Of a DNA stretch of 64,000 bases, positions 8,185 through 15,511 are shown one piece after another. How positions within the stretch are numbered: position 1 is the first letter of the stretch; the number at the start of each line of letters is the position of its first letter. The translations under genes were made by a program, and so were the position numbers. The notes under the pieces were generated by a model. It made no database searches. It saw only the letters and a program-made list of their open reading frames with translations, and was not told the DNA's origin. The stretch comes from an uncultured Bacilli bacterium (GTDB lineage Bacteria; Bacillota_I; Bacilli_A; RFN20; CAG-826): positions 22,868-86,867 of the forward strand of contig CALVSB010000003.1 of assembly GCA_944358895.1 (NCBI GenBank), in the 5' to 3' direction.

Positions 8185-10074
8185 CTAATCCTTCTTGAAG
8201 CCGGGCATCCGCTTTTCCCGCGAGACGCGGTAAGCCTCGCCCGATGGGTCTTGCCAGCTATGGTCGCGAAGGAGGGTCGGGAGGAGGGAGAGGAAGGCTT
8301 CGTCGACGAAGTCGGCGTGGAACGCTTTGTCGTAGGCGACCGGGACCATCGCCGGCAGGAGTTCTTGCTCAAGGTAGAAGAACTCCTTCCTCAGGAGCTG
8401 GTTGGGCGAGCAGACCGAGACGAGGCAGCGGAAGCCGCCGTCGCGGAAAAGGCAGGAGGCGGCATAGCATTCGTCGGCCGAGTTATAGACGCCGGCCTCC
8501 CCCATGTAAAGGGCGTTCGCCCTCTCGCCGTGAAGGCACTTCCGGGGGATTTTCCTTTCCTTGCCGAGGAGATAGGCGATCCCGGCGCTCGAAAGGGAGG
8601 CGCGGTCGGCTTTGCCCTTCCCGTTCGGGCGGAGGTGCTTGCTCCCGGGAACGTAAACGGCGGCCTTTTCCCCGGAATCGACGAGCGACCAGTAGAGTTC
8701 GTACCCCCGGTCGAGGCGGGCCCGGAATTCGCCGCCCGGGGTCCCGTCTTCCCGGAGCGGATGCTGGGCCGCGATCTCGATGAGGGTCCCTTCGTAGCTC
8801 CCTTCTTCGGCGTTCTCCCTACGGTCCTGTTCCTTCCTGGCCTTGGCCCATTTCTCCTCGTAATGGCGGTAAGCCTCCTCGATTGGGAGGGAGGAAGCGT
8901 TCTTTTCGTAGAGGCCCCGCGGGGAGGAAATCACCCGCAAATCGAGGCTATCCCCCGCCTTTTCCGACAGCTCAACGAGGGAAGAGGCGTAAAGAAGAAC
9001 GAGCGATGGCAGGTTTTTCTTCCCTTCGTTTTCCTTCTTTCCCCGGAAGACGAGGGAGGGGGTCCCGTCGGCCGTCCGGGCCGGCGGGAGGGTCAAGGTG
9101 ATCCACCCTTCGAGCAATCCGCCCTCCTTCTCCGCGAGGAAGGCCGTTTGCCGGATCAGGCCGTGGGCCGGATAGGCTTTCACCTTCCCGGCTCCCGGCC
9201 CATCGGCGGCCAGGGCGATTTCGCGGAGGAAGCCGAGAGAGGAGGCGATTTCTCCGTCGAGGCGGACGCGGTTCTGCCTCGCTTCGTCCTCCCCTTTGCC
9301 GAGCGATTCGATGCCGGCTACCCCTTCGAGGTCGCGGCTCGAGGTCGCCCCGAGGACGGCATGGAGGTTCGCTCCCCCTTTCACCGCGGCGGAAAAGAGG
9401 TCGCGGTTCGTCTTGAGGAAGGAGGAACCGGTCGTCGAGACGAAATAGATGTCCTTGGCTCCCTCGAGGGTCGAGCGGAGGGAGGAAAGGGTCGACGGCG
9501 TCCCGTCGTCGAAGCGCTCGATCCCGCTTTTCTCAAGATAAGGGAAAAGGGAAAGGTAGCGTTCCTTGCCCATCCCGAGCGGCGGAAGGAGGGAAAAGGC
9601 CGTCCCCTTGGAAGCGAAGGAAGAAAAGAAGGCATCGGCGGCCGGAGAAGCCTTTCCCTTGAGGTCGAAGGCCGAGAAAAAGCGCTCGGCCGCCCCTTTC
9701 TCCTCGGCATTGACGTAAGTGAGGCCCGGGAAGAGGGGCTCGAGCGGCGTCACGAGGGAAGAGGACGCGGCGATCGGGACGACGAGCTTCTTCCCCTTCG
9801 TCCGGAAATAAGAAGCCAAGGAAGCCTCGTAGAGGCAAAAGGGCTTGCGAAGGTAGTCACTGGTGAGGAAAAGGATGATGCAATCGGCTTCCTCGATGGC
9901 CCTGGCCAAGGAAGAAAGGACCTCGTCGCCCGGCCGGACCCCGACCGCGTAGGCGTTCGAGGAATAGAAAAGGTCCTTTCCCTCGTCGAGGGCGGGGTCG
10001 ATTTCCCTAAGGACCAGGAGGAACGCCCGGAGGAAGGAATCGTCGCTCGAGGCGTGGGAAAGGAAGTATTTCAT
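8185..10074 (-). CDS. Three-module cytosolic protein: N-terminal TIR-like domain, uncharacterised middle region, C-terminal DUF218/YdcF-like domain
   Basis: N-terminus: KYFLSHASSDD ... VRPGDEV ... IEEADCIILFLTSDYLRKPFCLYEASLA (TIR_2-like strand/helix order, Glu in the expected position). C-terminus: IEIAAQHPLREDGTPGGEFRARLDRGYELYW..AAVYVPGS..LSSAGIAYLL..IPRKCLHGE..GVYNSADECY..FRCLVSVCSPNQLLR follows the DUF218 order. ATG overlaps the upstream stop (ATGA at 10071-10074). Confidence 0.55.
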   Translation of the reverse strand: MKYFLSHASSDDSFLRAFLLVLREIDPALDEGKDLFYSSNAYAVGVRPGDEVLSSLARAIEEADCIILFLTSDYLRKPFCLYEASLASYFRTKGKKLVVPIAASSSLVTPLEPLFPGLTYVNAEEKGAAERFFSAFDLKGKASPAADAFFSSFASKGTAFSLLPPLGMGKERYLSLFPYLEKSGIERFDDGTPSTLSSLRSTLEGAKDIYFVSTTGSSFLKTNRDLFSAAVKGGANLHAVLGATSSRDLEGVAGIESLGKGEDEARQNRVRLDGEIASSLGFLREIALAADGPGAGKVKAYPAHGLIRQTAFLAEKEGGLLEGWITLTLPPARTADGTPSLVFRGKKENEGKKNLPSLVLLYASSLVELSEKAGDSLDLRVISSPRGLYEKNASSLPIEEAYRHYEEKWAKARKEQDRRENAEEGSYEGTLIEIAAQHPLREDGTPGGEFRARLDRGYELYWSLVDSGEKAAVYVPGSKHLRPNGKGKADRASLSSAGIAYLLGKERKIPRKCLHGERANALYMGEAGVYNSADECYAASCLFRDGGFRCLVSVCSPNQLLRKEFFYLEQELLPAMVPVAYDKAFHADFVDEAFLSLLPTLLRDHSWQDPSGEAYRVSREKRMPGFKKD

Positions 10075-11360
10075 TGCCTTCCTTCGAATTCGGCCTTGAG
10101 GCGGGAGGTGACTTCCTCGGCCTTGGCCACGATCTCTTCGACCGGGGTGCCGACGTCGAACTGCCCGTCGAGATAAAGGATCTTCCCCTCGACCATCGTC
10201 ATCCGGACGTCGAGCTTGCTCCCGGCGTAGACGAGGTTGTTGGGAATGTCGTTGAGGGGGCGCATATCAGGTTTATCGAGATCGATGAGCACGAGGTCGG
10301 CCCGCTCCCCTTCCTTCACGTAGCGGGCGTCGAGGAGGCCCATCGCGATGGAACCGCCGACCGTCGCGGCATAGAGGGCATCGGTTCCCTTGAAGGCCGA
10401 GGGATCCATCGTCCTTAGTTTCTGGAGGACGGAAGCGAGGCGCATCTCATAGAAGAAGTCGAGGCCGTTGTTGCTGCCCGGGCCGTCGGTCCCGATGGCG
10501 AGGTTGACCCCGGCGTCGAGGACGTCGGTGAGGGGCGCGATGCCGCTGGCGAGCTTGCTATTGGAGCCGGGGCAGGTCACGAGGGAGCAGCCGTGCTTTT
10601 TGTAGATGGCGATGTCGCTCCGCGAGAAGGCGACCCCGTGGAAGCCGCCGCCGCCATAATCGAGAAGGCCGAGCGACTCGGCGTACTCGACCGGGTCGAG
10701 GCCATGGTGGCGGGCCTTGCAGCCCTCGTACTCGCTATAGGTCTCGGAGGTATGGGAATAGATCGGGCACTTCAGCTTGTGACTGGCCTTCGAAAGCTCG
10801 ACGAGGATGTCCTCGGAGCAGGTGTACTCGGCGTGGAAGCCGAGCTGGTAGCTGACCAATGGGTTGCCGTCATTGATCTTGCGGTAGCTTTCGACCATCT
10901 CGGCGACCGACTCCCGCTCCTTCGTCACCGTCCCGAGAAGGACGGCCTTGAAGCCCATTTCCTTGGCGGCTCTCGCCATCTCGAGGGGGTTGTAGTACAT
11001 GTCGAAGCAAGCCGTGATGCCGCTTGTGAGATACTCGAGGATAGCGAGCCGCGAAAGATAGTATTGATCCTCGGGCTTGATGAGGGCCTCGAGGGGGAAG
11101 ATCCGCTTGAAGAGCCAGTCGTGGAGGGGGAGGTCGTCGCTATAGCTCCGGGCGAAGGTCATGGCGCTATGGGTGTGGGCGTTCTTGAAGCCCGGGAGGA
11201 GGAGCCCGCCCCGGCAGTCGACCGTCTTGTCGACGCCCTTGGATGGGAGGTTCTTCCCGATTTTCTTGATGGCCCCGTATTCGACGAGGACGTCGCCTTC
11301 GACGATTGAGAAACCCTTCTCGAGGGAGAGGATCCGCGCGTTCTTGAGTAAAGTCTTCAT
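10071..11360 (-). CDS. mtaD: Amidohydrolase-superfamily deaminase, 5-methylthioadenosine/S-adenosylhomocysteine deaminase-like
   Basis: GFKNAHTHSAMTFARSYSDDLPLHDWLFKRIFPLE, HTSET, AIGTDGPGSNNGLDFFYEM. Start set at the ATG at 11360 (MKTLLKNARIL) behind GGTGG. Confidence 0.7.
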   Translation of the reverse strand: MKTLLKNARILSLEKGFSIVEGDVLVEYGAIKKIGKNLPSKGVDKTVDCRGGLLLPGFKNAHTHSAMTFARSYSDDLPLHDWLFKRIFPLEALIKPEDQYYLSRLAILEYLTSGITACFDMYYNPLEMARAAKEMGFKAVLLGTVTKERESVAEMVESYRKINDGNPLVSYQLGFHAEYTCSEDILVELSKASHKLKCPIYSHTSETYSEYEGCKARHHGLDPVEYAESLGLLDYGGGGFHGVAFSRSDIAIYKKHGCSLVTCPGSNSKLASGIAPLTDVLDAGVNLAIGTDGPGSNNGLDFFYEMRLASVLQKLRTMDPSAFKGTDALYAATVGGSIAMGLLDARYVKEGERADLVLIDLDKPDMRPLNDIPNNLVYAGSKLDVRMTMVEGKILYLDGQFDVGTPVEEIVAKAEEVTSRLKAEFEGRQ

Positions 11361-11400
11361 GAAGTTACCACCTATCAAGGCAAGTTTAGCCGATAGGCGG

Positions 11401-11417
11401 CTTCCCTACTAGGGAAG
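11401..11417. promoter_or_regulatory. Perfect 8-1-8 palindrome upstream of mtaD (candidate operator)
   Basis: CTTCCCTA-C-TAGGGAAG lies 41 nt upstream of the mtaD ATG and just downstream of the ribF terminator. Confidence 0.4.
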
Positions 11418-11464
11418 AGAAGGATGAACGAGAGATATTGTAAAGAAAAGGCCGTTCTTCGACG

Positions 11465-11485
11465 AAAAAAGGCGGTCGCCCCGCC
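11465..11485 (-). terminator. Intrinsic terminator after ribF
   Basis: Minus strand GGCGG-ggcga-CCGCC then UUUUUU, immediately after the ribF stop codon (11487-11489). Confidence 0.7.
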
Positions 11486-11486
11486 T

Positions 11487-12392
11487 CTATTCTTCCTCTT
11501 CCCCGCGGAGGACCGCTTCCTTGTCATGCTCGATCTGCTTTTGGAGTTCCGCGAGGCTACCGAACCTCTTCTCGCCCCGGAGGCGGCGTTCGAAGCTGAC
11601 GTAGAGGGTCTTGCCATAGGCGTCCCCGGAAAAGCCGAGGAGATGGCTTTCGACCTGTGGGGCGGACAGGGCCCCGACCGTCGGGTTGGTCCCGACGTTG
11701 ATGATCGAGCGGTAAGCCATGCCCGAAAGGTAGGAAACCCCTTCGTAAACCCCGTTCAAGGGATAGCAATAAGGGGCGCTCGGGAGGAGGTTCAGGGTCG
11801 GGAAGCCGATCCGGGTGCCGTTATGGAGGCCATGGCGGACGCTTCCCTTCATCTCGTAAGGCCGGCCGAGGAGAGAGGTTGCCGCCCTCACGTCGCCTTC
11901 TTCCATGATGAGGCGGCGAATCCGGGTCGAGGAGACCTTTTCCCCGTCTTTTTGAAGGAGTGGCAGTTCGACCGTCGGGAAGGCTTTCCTTAGAAGGGTC
12001 GGGTTCCCTTCGCAGTTCCTAGCGAAGCGGAAGTCGGTCCCGCAGACGATGAGGGAGGGGTCGATCTTTTCCTTGAGGAAGGAAACGAAGCCTTGGGGAT
12101 CGAGGGCATAGAAGGAAAGATTGGCCCGGAGGACATAGGCCCGCTCGATCCCGTAGCGCGGCAAAATCCTCAGCTTGTCCGCGAGGGAGGTGAGGACCGG
12201 GTGGGGACGCTCGGGGAATAGAAGCGCCTCGGCGCTCGGCTCGAAAAGGAGGATCGAAGGAAGATAATCGCTCTTCCGGGCGGTCAAAAGGAGTTCCTGG
12301 TGGCCGAGGTGAAGGCCGTCGAAATTCCCGAGGCAGAGGGCCACTTTCGTCCCATCGGGCCGGGTTTTGCTATCGATTTCGATGATATCCAT
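11487..12392 (-). CDS. ribF: Bifunctional riboflavin kinase / FAD synthetase
   Basis: ALCLGNFDGLHLGHQ, SSTRIR, GFPTLN, VGTNPT. Start at the ATG at 12392 (MDIIEIDS); the longer ORF prefix is Arg/Ser-rich noise. Confidence 0.85.
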   Translation of the reverse strand: MDIIEIDSKTRPDGTKVALCLGNFDGLHLGHQELLLTARKSDYLPSILLFEPSAEALLFPERPHPVLTSLADKLRILPRYGIERAYVLRANLSFYALDPQGFVSFLKEKIDPSLIVCGTDFRFARNCEGNPTLLRKAFPTVELPLLQKDGEKVSSTRIRRLIMEEGDVRAATSLLGRPYEMKGSVRHGLHNGTRIGFPTLNLLPSAPYCYPLNGVYEGVSYLSGMAYRSIINVGTNPTVGALSAPQVESHLLGFSGDAYGKTLYVSFERRLRGEKRFGSLAELQKQIEHDKEAVLRGEEEE

Positions 12393-12393
12393 C

Positions 12394-13245
12394 TTAAAAG
12401 AGCCCCCTTTCGGACCGGTAGACGTCCCCGTCTTTCTTATAAACGGCCAGGACCGCGCCTTCGTAGGTGATGAAGACTTCCTCCTCATCGCCATAGATGG
12501 AAGGGAGGGCCAAGGGCTTCCCGTCCTTCACCATCTTTGCTTCCTCTTCCTTCGCCTCGTAACGCTTGAATGGTTTGAGATAAGGCGAAGGGTCGAGAAG
12601 GGGCGGGACGTCCCCGAAGCTAACGCGGATGGCCCTATCGACCATCATCTTCCCCATCGATAGCCGCCTTAGTGAGGAGAGGTAGCCAAGAGTCCCGAGT
12701 TTCTTCGCGATGTCTTCCCCGAGGGTCCGGATGTAGGTTCCCTTCGAAACCGAGGCCGTGAAGACGATTTCCCCTTTCTCGCAGGAAACGAGATTGATGG
12801 AACTAACCACGCACTTCCGGGGCTTCAGCTCCACCGCCTCGCCCTTCCGGGCGTAGCTATAGGCGGGGCGGCCGTTGACCTTGAGGGCCGAATAGGCCGG
12901 GGGAAGCTGCTCGATCTCGCCCTGAAAGGAAACAAGGACGGAAGCGACTTCCCGCACATCGAGGAGGGGAACTTCCCTTTCCTCGACGGTCGTCCCGGTG
13001 AGGTCGGCCGTGTCCTTCCTCGCCCCGAGGGTCAATTTGGCGATGTAGCTCTTCGGCTCGTCGAGGAGATAGGGAAGGAACTTGGTAGCCTTCCCGACGG
13101 CGACGACCAGCAACCCCGAGGCGAAGGGGTCGAGGGTCCCGAGGTGCCCGACCCGAAGGCCAGGGTAAGCCTTCGAAAGGATAGCGTCGTAATAACGCGA
13201 GCTCCTTCCCTCTTCCTTGTCGATCAAAACGAGTCCCTGTGCCAT
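12394..13245 (-). CDS. truB: tRNA pseudouridine(55) synthase
   Basis: GLVLIDKEEGRSS, GHLGTLDPFASGLLVVAVGKATK, PPAYSALKVNGRPAY. Start at the ATG at 13245 (MAQGLVLIDK). Confidence 0.85.
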   Translation of the reverse strand: MAQGLVLIDKEEGRSSRYYDAILSKAYPGLRVGHLGTLDPFASGLLVVAVGKATKFLPYLLDEPKSYIAKLTLGARKDTADLTGTTVEEREVPLLDVREVASVLVSFQGEIEQLPPAYSALKVNGRPAYSYARKGEAVELKPRKCVVSSINLVSCEKGEIVFTASVSKGTYIRTLGEDIAKKLGTLGYLSSLRRLSMGKMMVDRAIRVSFGDVPPLLDPSPYLKPFKRYEAKEEEAKMVKDGKPLALPSIYGDEEEVFITYEGAVLAVYKKDGDVYRSERGLF

Positions 13246-13270
13246 TGCTGATGAATTATAGACAAAGCGA

Positions 13271-13304
13271 AAGGAAAAAGGGCAGGGAATGACTTCCCTG
13301 CCCC
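13271..13304 (-). terminator. Intrinsic terminator after the lipoprotein gene, just upstream of truB
   Basis: Minus strand GGGCAGGGAA-guca-UUCCCUGCCC (perfect 10 bp, plus-strand 13280-13303) then UUUUUCCUUU. A TATAAT (plus-strand 13255-13260) follows, 9 nt before the truB ATG. Confidence 0.8.
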
Positions 13305-13318
13305 ATAGGAAACTCTCT

Positions 13319-14170
13319 TCAGCGGAGGGAAGCGAGGTCGAGGCGGATGCGCTGGCCCGAGGGCGCAAACGGCTCGAGGCGGTAGGCGTCCCCGACTTCA
13401 ATCTCGAAGCCCAATTCGGTCGGGACGACGAGCTTGCCTTCGCTCCGGCCGTAGGAGGCTAAGACGAGGGTGCCCGAAGCCGGTTCGCCTTCGCCCTTGA
13501 GCGGCAAGTAAGAAGGATCGAGTTTTAAGCCGAGCATCCAGTCGTAGGAATAGGCCCACGGCTCGCCCGTCAAGACGCTGCTGCCGGAAAGGAGAGGCGC
13601 ATAGTTCCTTCCGAGTTCGCCATCCGCGACATAATCGCTTTGATAGAGTTCCTGCCAATAGTTGACGGCCATGGAACTATAGAGGAGGCAATGCTCGCCG
13701 TCGTAGAGGGTGATGACCTCGAAAGGCAGCTCGTAGGCCGGGGCACCGGAGATTTCGACAGAAGTCCGGCCGGTCGGGCTCAGAACCGTCAAAAGGCATT
13801 CGACCTTCCGCCCGGCAAAGCTCGAAAGGGGCAAAGACTCGTCGTCGGGGAACGTGAAGTAGAAGCAATAGGCCTCGTCGACATAGGCCTCGTCGTAGAC
13901 GTGGGTCGGGGCGCTTTTCACGAGTTGTTCGCCGTATCCGTACCTGCTTAAGGCGAAGACCTCCTCGTAGGAAGAGACCTCGGCCCCCGCTTCCGGGGAC
14001 AGGGACTCCCGCCCCTCGATGAAGCTGGCAACCATTTCGTGGAAGCCGACGGCAAAGCTTTCGACCTTCCCGCCAACCGGGGGAGCGAAAGGGTCGGACG
14101 AGGGCCCGCACGCGGCGAGCGACAGGGCTGCTAGGCCCAAGGCGGCGAGGCTGAGGCGCGTCGTTTTCAT
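13319..14170 (-). CDS. Lipoprotein, unknown function
   Basis: MKTTRLSLAALGLAALSLAACGPSS lipobox. No recognisable domain. Confidence 0.6.
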   Translation of the reverse strand: MKTTRLSLAALGLAALSLAACGPSSDPFAPPVGGKVESFAVGFHEMVASFIEGRESLSPEAGAEVSSYEEVFALSRYGYGEQLVKSAPTHVYDEAYVDEAYCFYFTFPDDESLPLSSFAGRKVECLLTVLSPTGRTSVEISGAPAYELPFEVITLYDGEHCLLYSSMAVNYWQELYQSDYVADGELGRNYAPLLSGSSVLTGEPWAYSYDWMLGLKLDPSYLPLKGEGEPASGTLVLASYGRSEGKLVVPTELGFEIEVGDAYRLEPFAPSGQRIRLDLASLR

Positions 14171-14291
14171 GGAGTTCCTCCTTTTTAGGGGCCGTCACGC
14201 TTATTGATATCTCCTTATATAACAAAAAAATGGCAAATCTCAAGGAAAGGCCGGATGCGGGTTGCTCCCTTCTTTGCTAGAATGCTCCCCG

Positions 14292-15374
14292 ATGCGTACC
14301 ATCCGTAAGATATTGGCCTCCATCAGGAAGGCCGACGAAGCCTTCAACCTCATCGAGAAAGGCGATAAGATCGCCATCGGCTTTTCCGGCGGGAAGGACT
14401 CGATGGCCCTCGTTGCCGCCTTCGAACGCTACAAGCACTTCGCGAAGAAAGACTTCGACTACGTGGCCGTCTACCTCGACCTCGGCTTCCCGGCCGGGCG
14501 CCCGCCTTACCTCGAGGAATTCGCCGCGCGCTACCACGCGAAGCTCGTCATTAAGGACGCCCGCTTCGTCTACGATGCCCTGAAGGCCCACCAGAAGGGC
14601 GAAGGGCACCATCTCCCCTGCTCCCTCTGCTCGAGGATGAAGAAGGCCGCCATCTGCGAGGCCGCCCACGAACTCGGCTGCAACAAGGTCGCCTTCGCCC
14701 ACCACCTCGACGACGCGGTCGAGACCTTCGTCATGAATCTCTTCCACGGGGGCATGGCCCAGACCTTCGCTCCGAAGATGGAACTGACAAGGAACAAGAT
14801 CACCTTCATCCGCCCCCTCGTCTTCGCCCGGGAGAAGGACATCCGCCGCTCGGCCAAGGAAGAAGGCTTCCCAGAGGCCGTCAAGGTCTGCCCGGCCGAC
14901 GGCTTCACCGAACGCCAGAAGGTGAAGGAATTCCTTGCCCACGTTTACGAGGAATTCCCCCAAAGCGAGCATAACCTCGCCCTCGCCCTTCTCGACTTCC
15001 GGCGCCTCGAGCTCTTCTTCAACCAAGGGGAAAGCCTCCCCCACGGCCGCCTCGAGGCCGTCTCGACGAAGGAAAGGGCCCTCCTCTTGCCCCATAAGCC
15101 CCCGAAGGAAAAAGGCGACACCTACCTCGCCTACGACGAAGAGGGCAAGCTCGTTGGGCAAATTAGCCTCATCATGCTCGACGCCCACCGCTACGCCCTC
15201 AAGGGAATCCATCTCCCGAAGGCGATGCGAAAGGAGGCTATCGAGCATTTCGAAGGGGTTTTGCGGATGAAAACCTCGCCGATGACCCTCATGCTCTTCG
15301 GCCTAAGCAAGGAAGAAAAAGAAGCCCTCGGCTACCGAAAAGGGCCGCGCGGCTACTACAAGCGGCTTATCTGA
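14292..15374 (+). CDS. TtcA-family PP-loop tRNA thiolase-like ATPase with ~110-aa C-terminal extension
   Basis: IAIGFSGGKDS PP-loop, PCSLCSRMKK, VAFAHHLDD. Start at the ATG at 14292 (MRTIRKIL). Confidence 0.7.
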   Translation: MRTIRKILASIRKADEAFNLIEKGDKIAIGFSGGKDSMALVAAFERYKHFAKKDFDYVAVYLDLGFPAGRPPYLEEFAARYHAKLVIKDARFVYDALKAHQKGEGHHLPCSLCSRMKKAAICEAAHELGCNKVAFAHHLDDAVETFVMNLFHGGMAQTFAPKMELTRNKITFIRPLVFAREKDIRRSAKEEGFPEAVKVCPADGFTERQKVKEFLAHVYEEFPQSEHNLALALLDFRRLELFFNQGESLPHGRLEAVSTKERALLLPHKPPKEKGDTYLAYDEEGKLVGQISLIMLDAHRYALKGIHLPKAMRKEAIEHFEGVLRMKTSPMTLMLFGLSKEEKEALGYRKGPRGYYKRLI

Positions 15375-15511
15375 ATACGCCAGAGTTCATACTACCAAAC
15401 CAGTAAAAACAAGGTAGGAAAAGCCTCCGTTCTTTGGACTAATACGTAGGCTTTTTTGACGATGCAATAGATCCGAAACGAAGTCAGTTTTAGAAAGAAG
15501 TTTCTCCTAGA

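Noticed and set aside
11487-13401. Longer N-terminal extensions of ribF (start 12494) and truB (start 13401) as listed in the ORF track. Similar extensions exist for 1207..2739, 2832..3875, 34139..36760, 45251..46279, 47441..48721 and 56553..58178.
   Set aside because: The extensions lack homology to the family N-termini and overlap upstream genes or terminators. Internal ATGs with signal peptides, Shine-Dalgarno sequences or canonical N-terminal motifs are better supported.
15420-15457. Possible terminator after the ttcA-like gene (AAAAGCCT ... AGGCTTTT).
   Set aside because: The stem is A-T rich and encloses a 21-nt loop. It is plausible but too weak to list as a feature.
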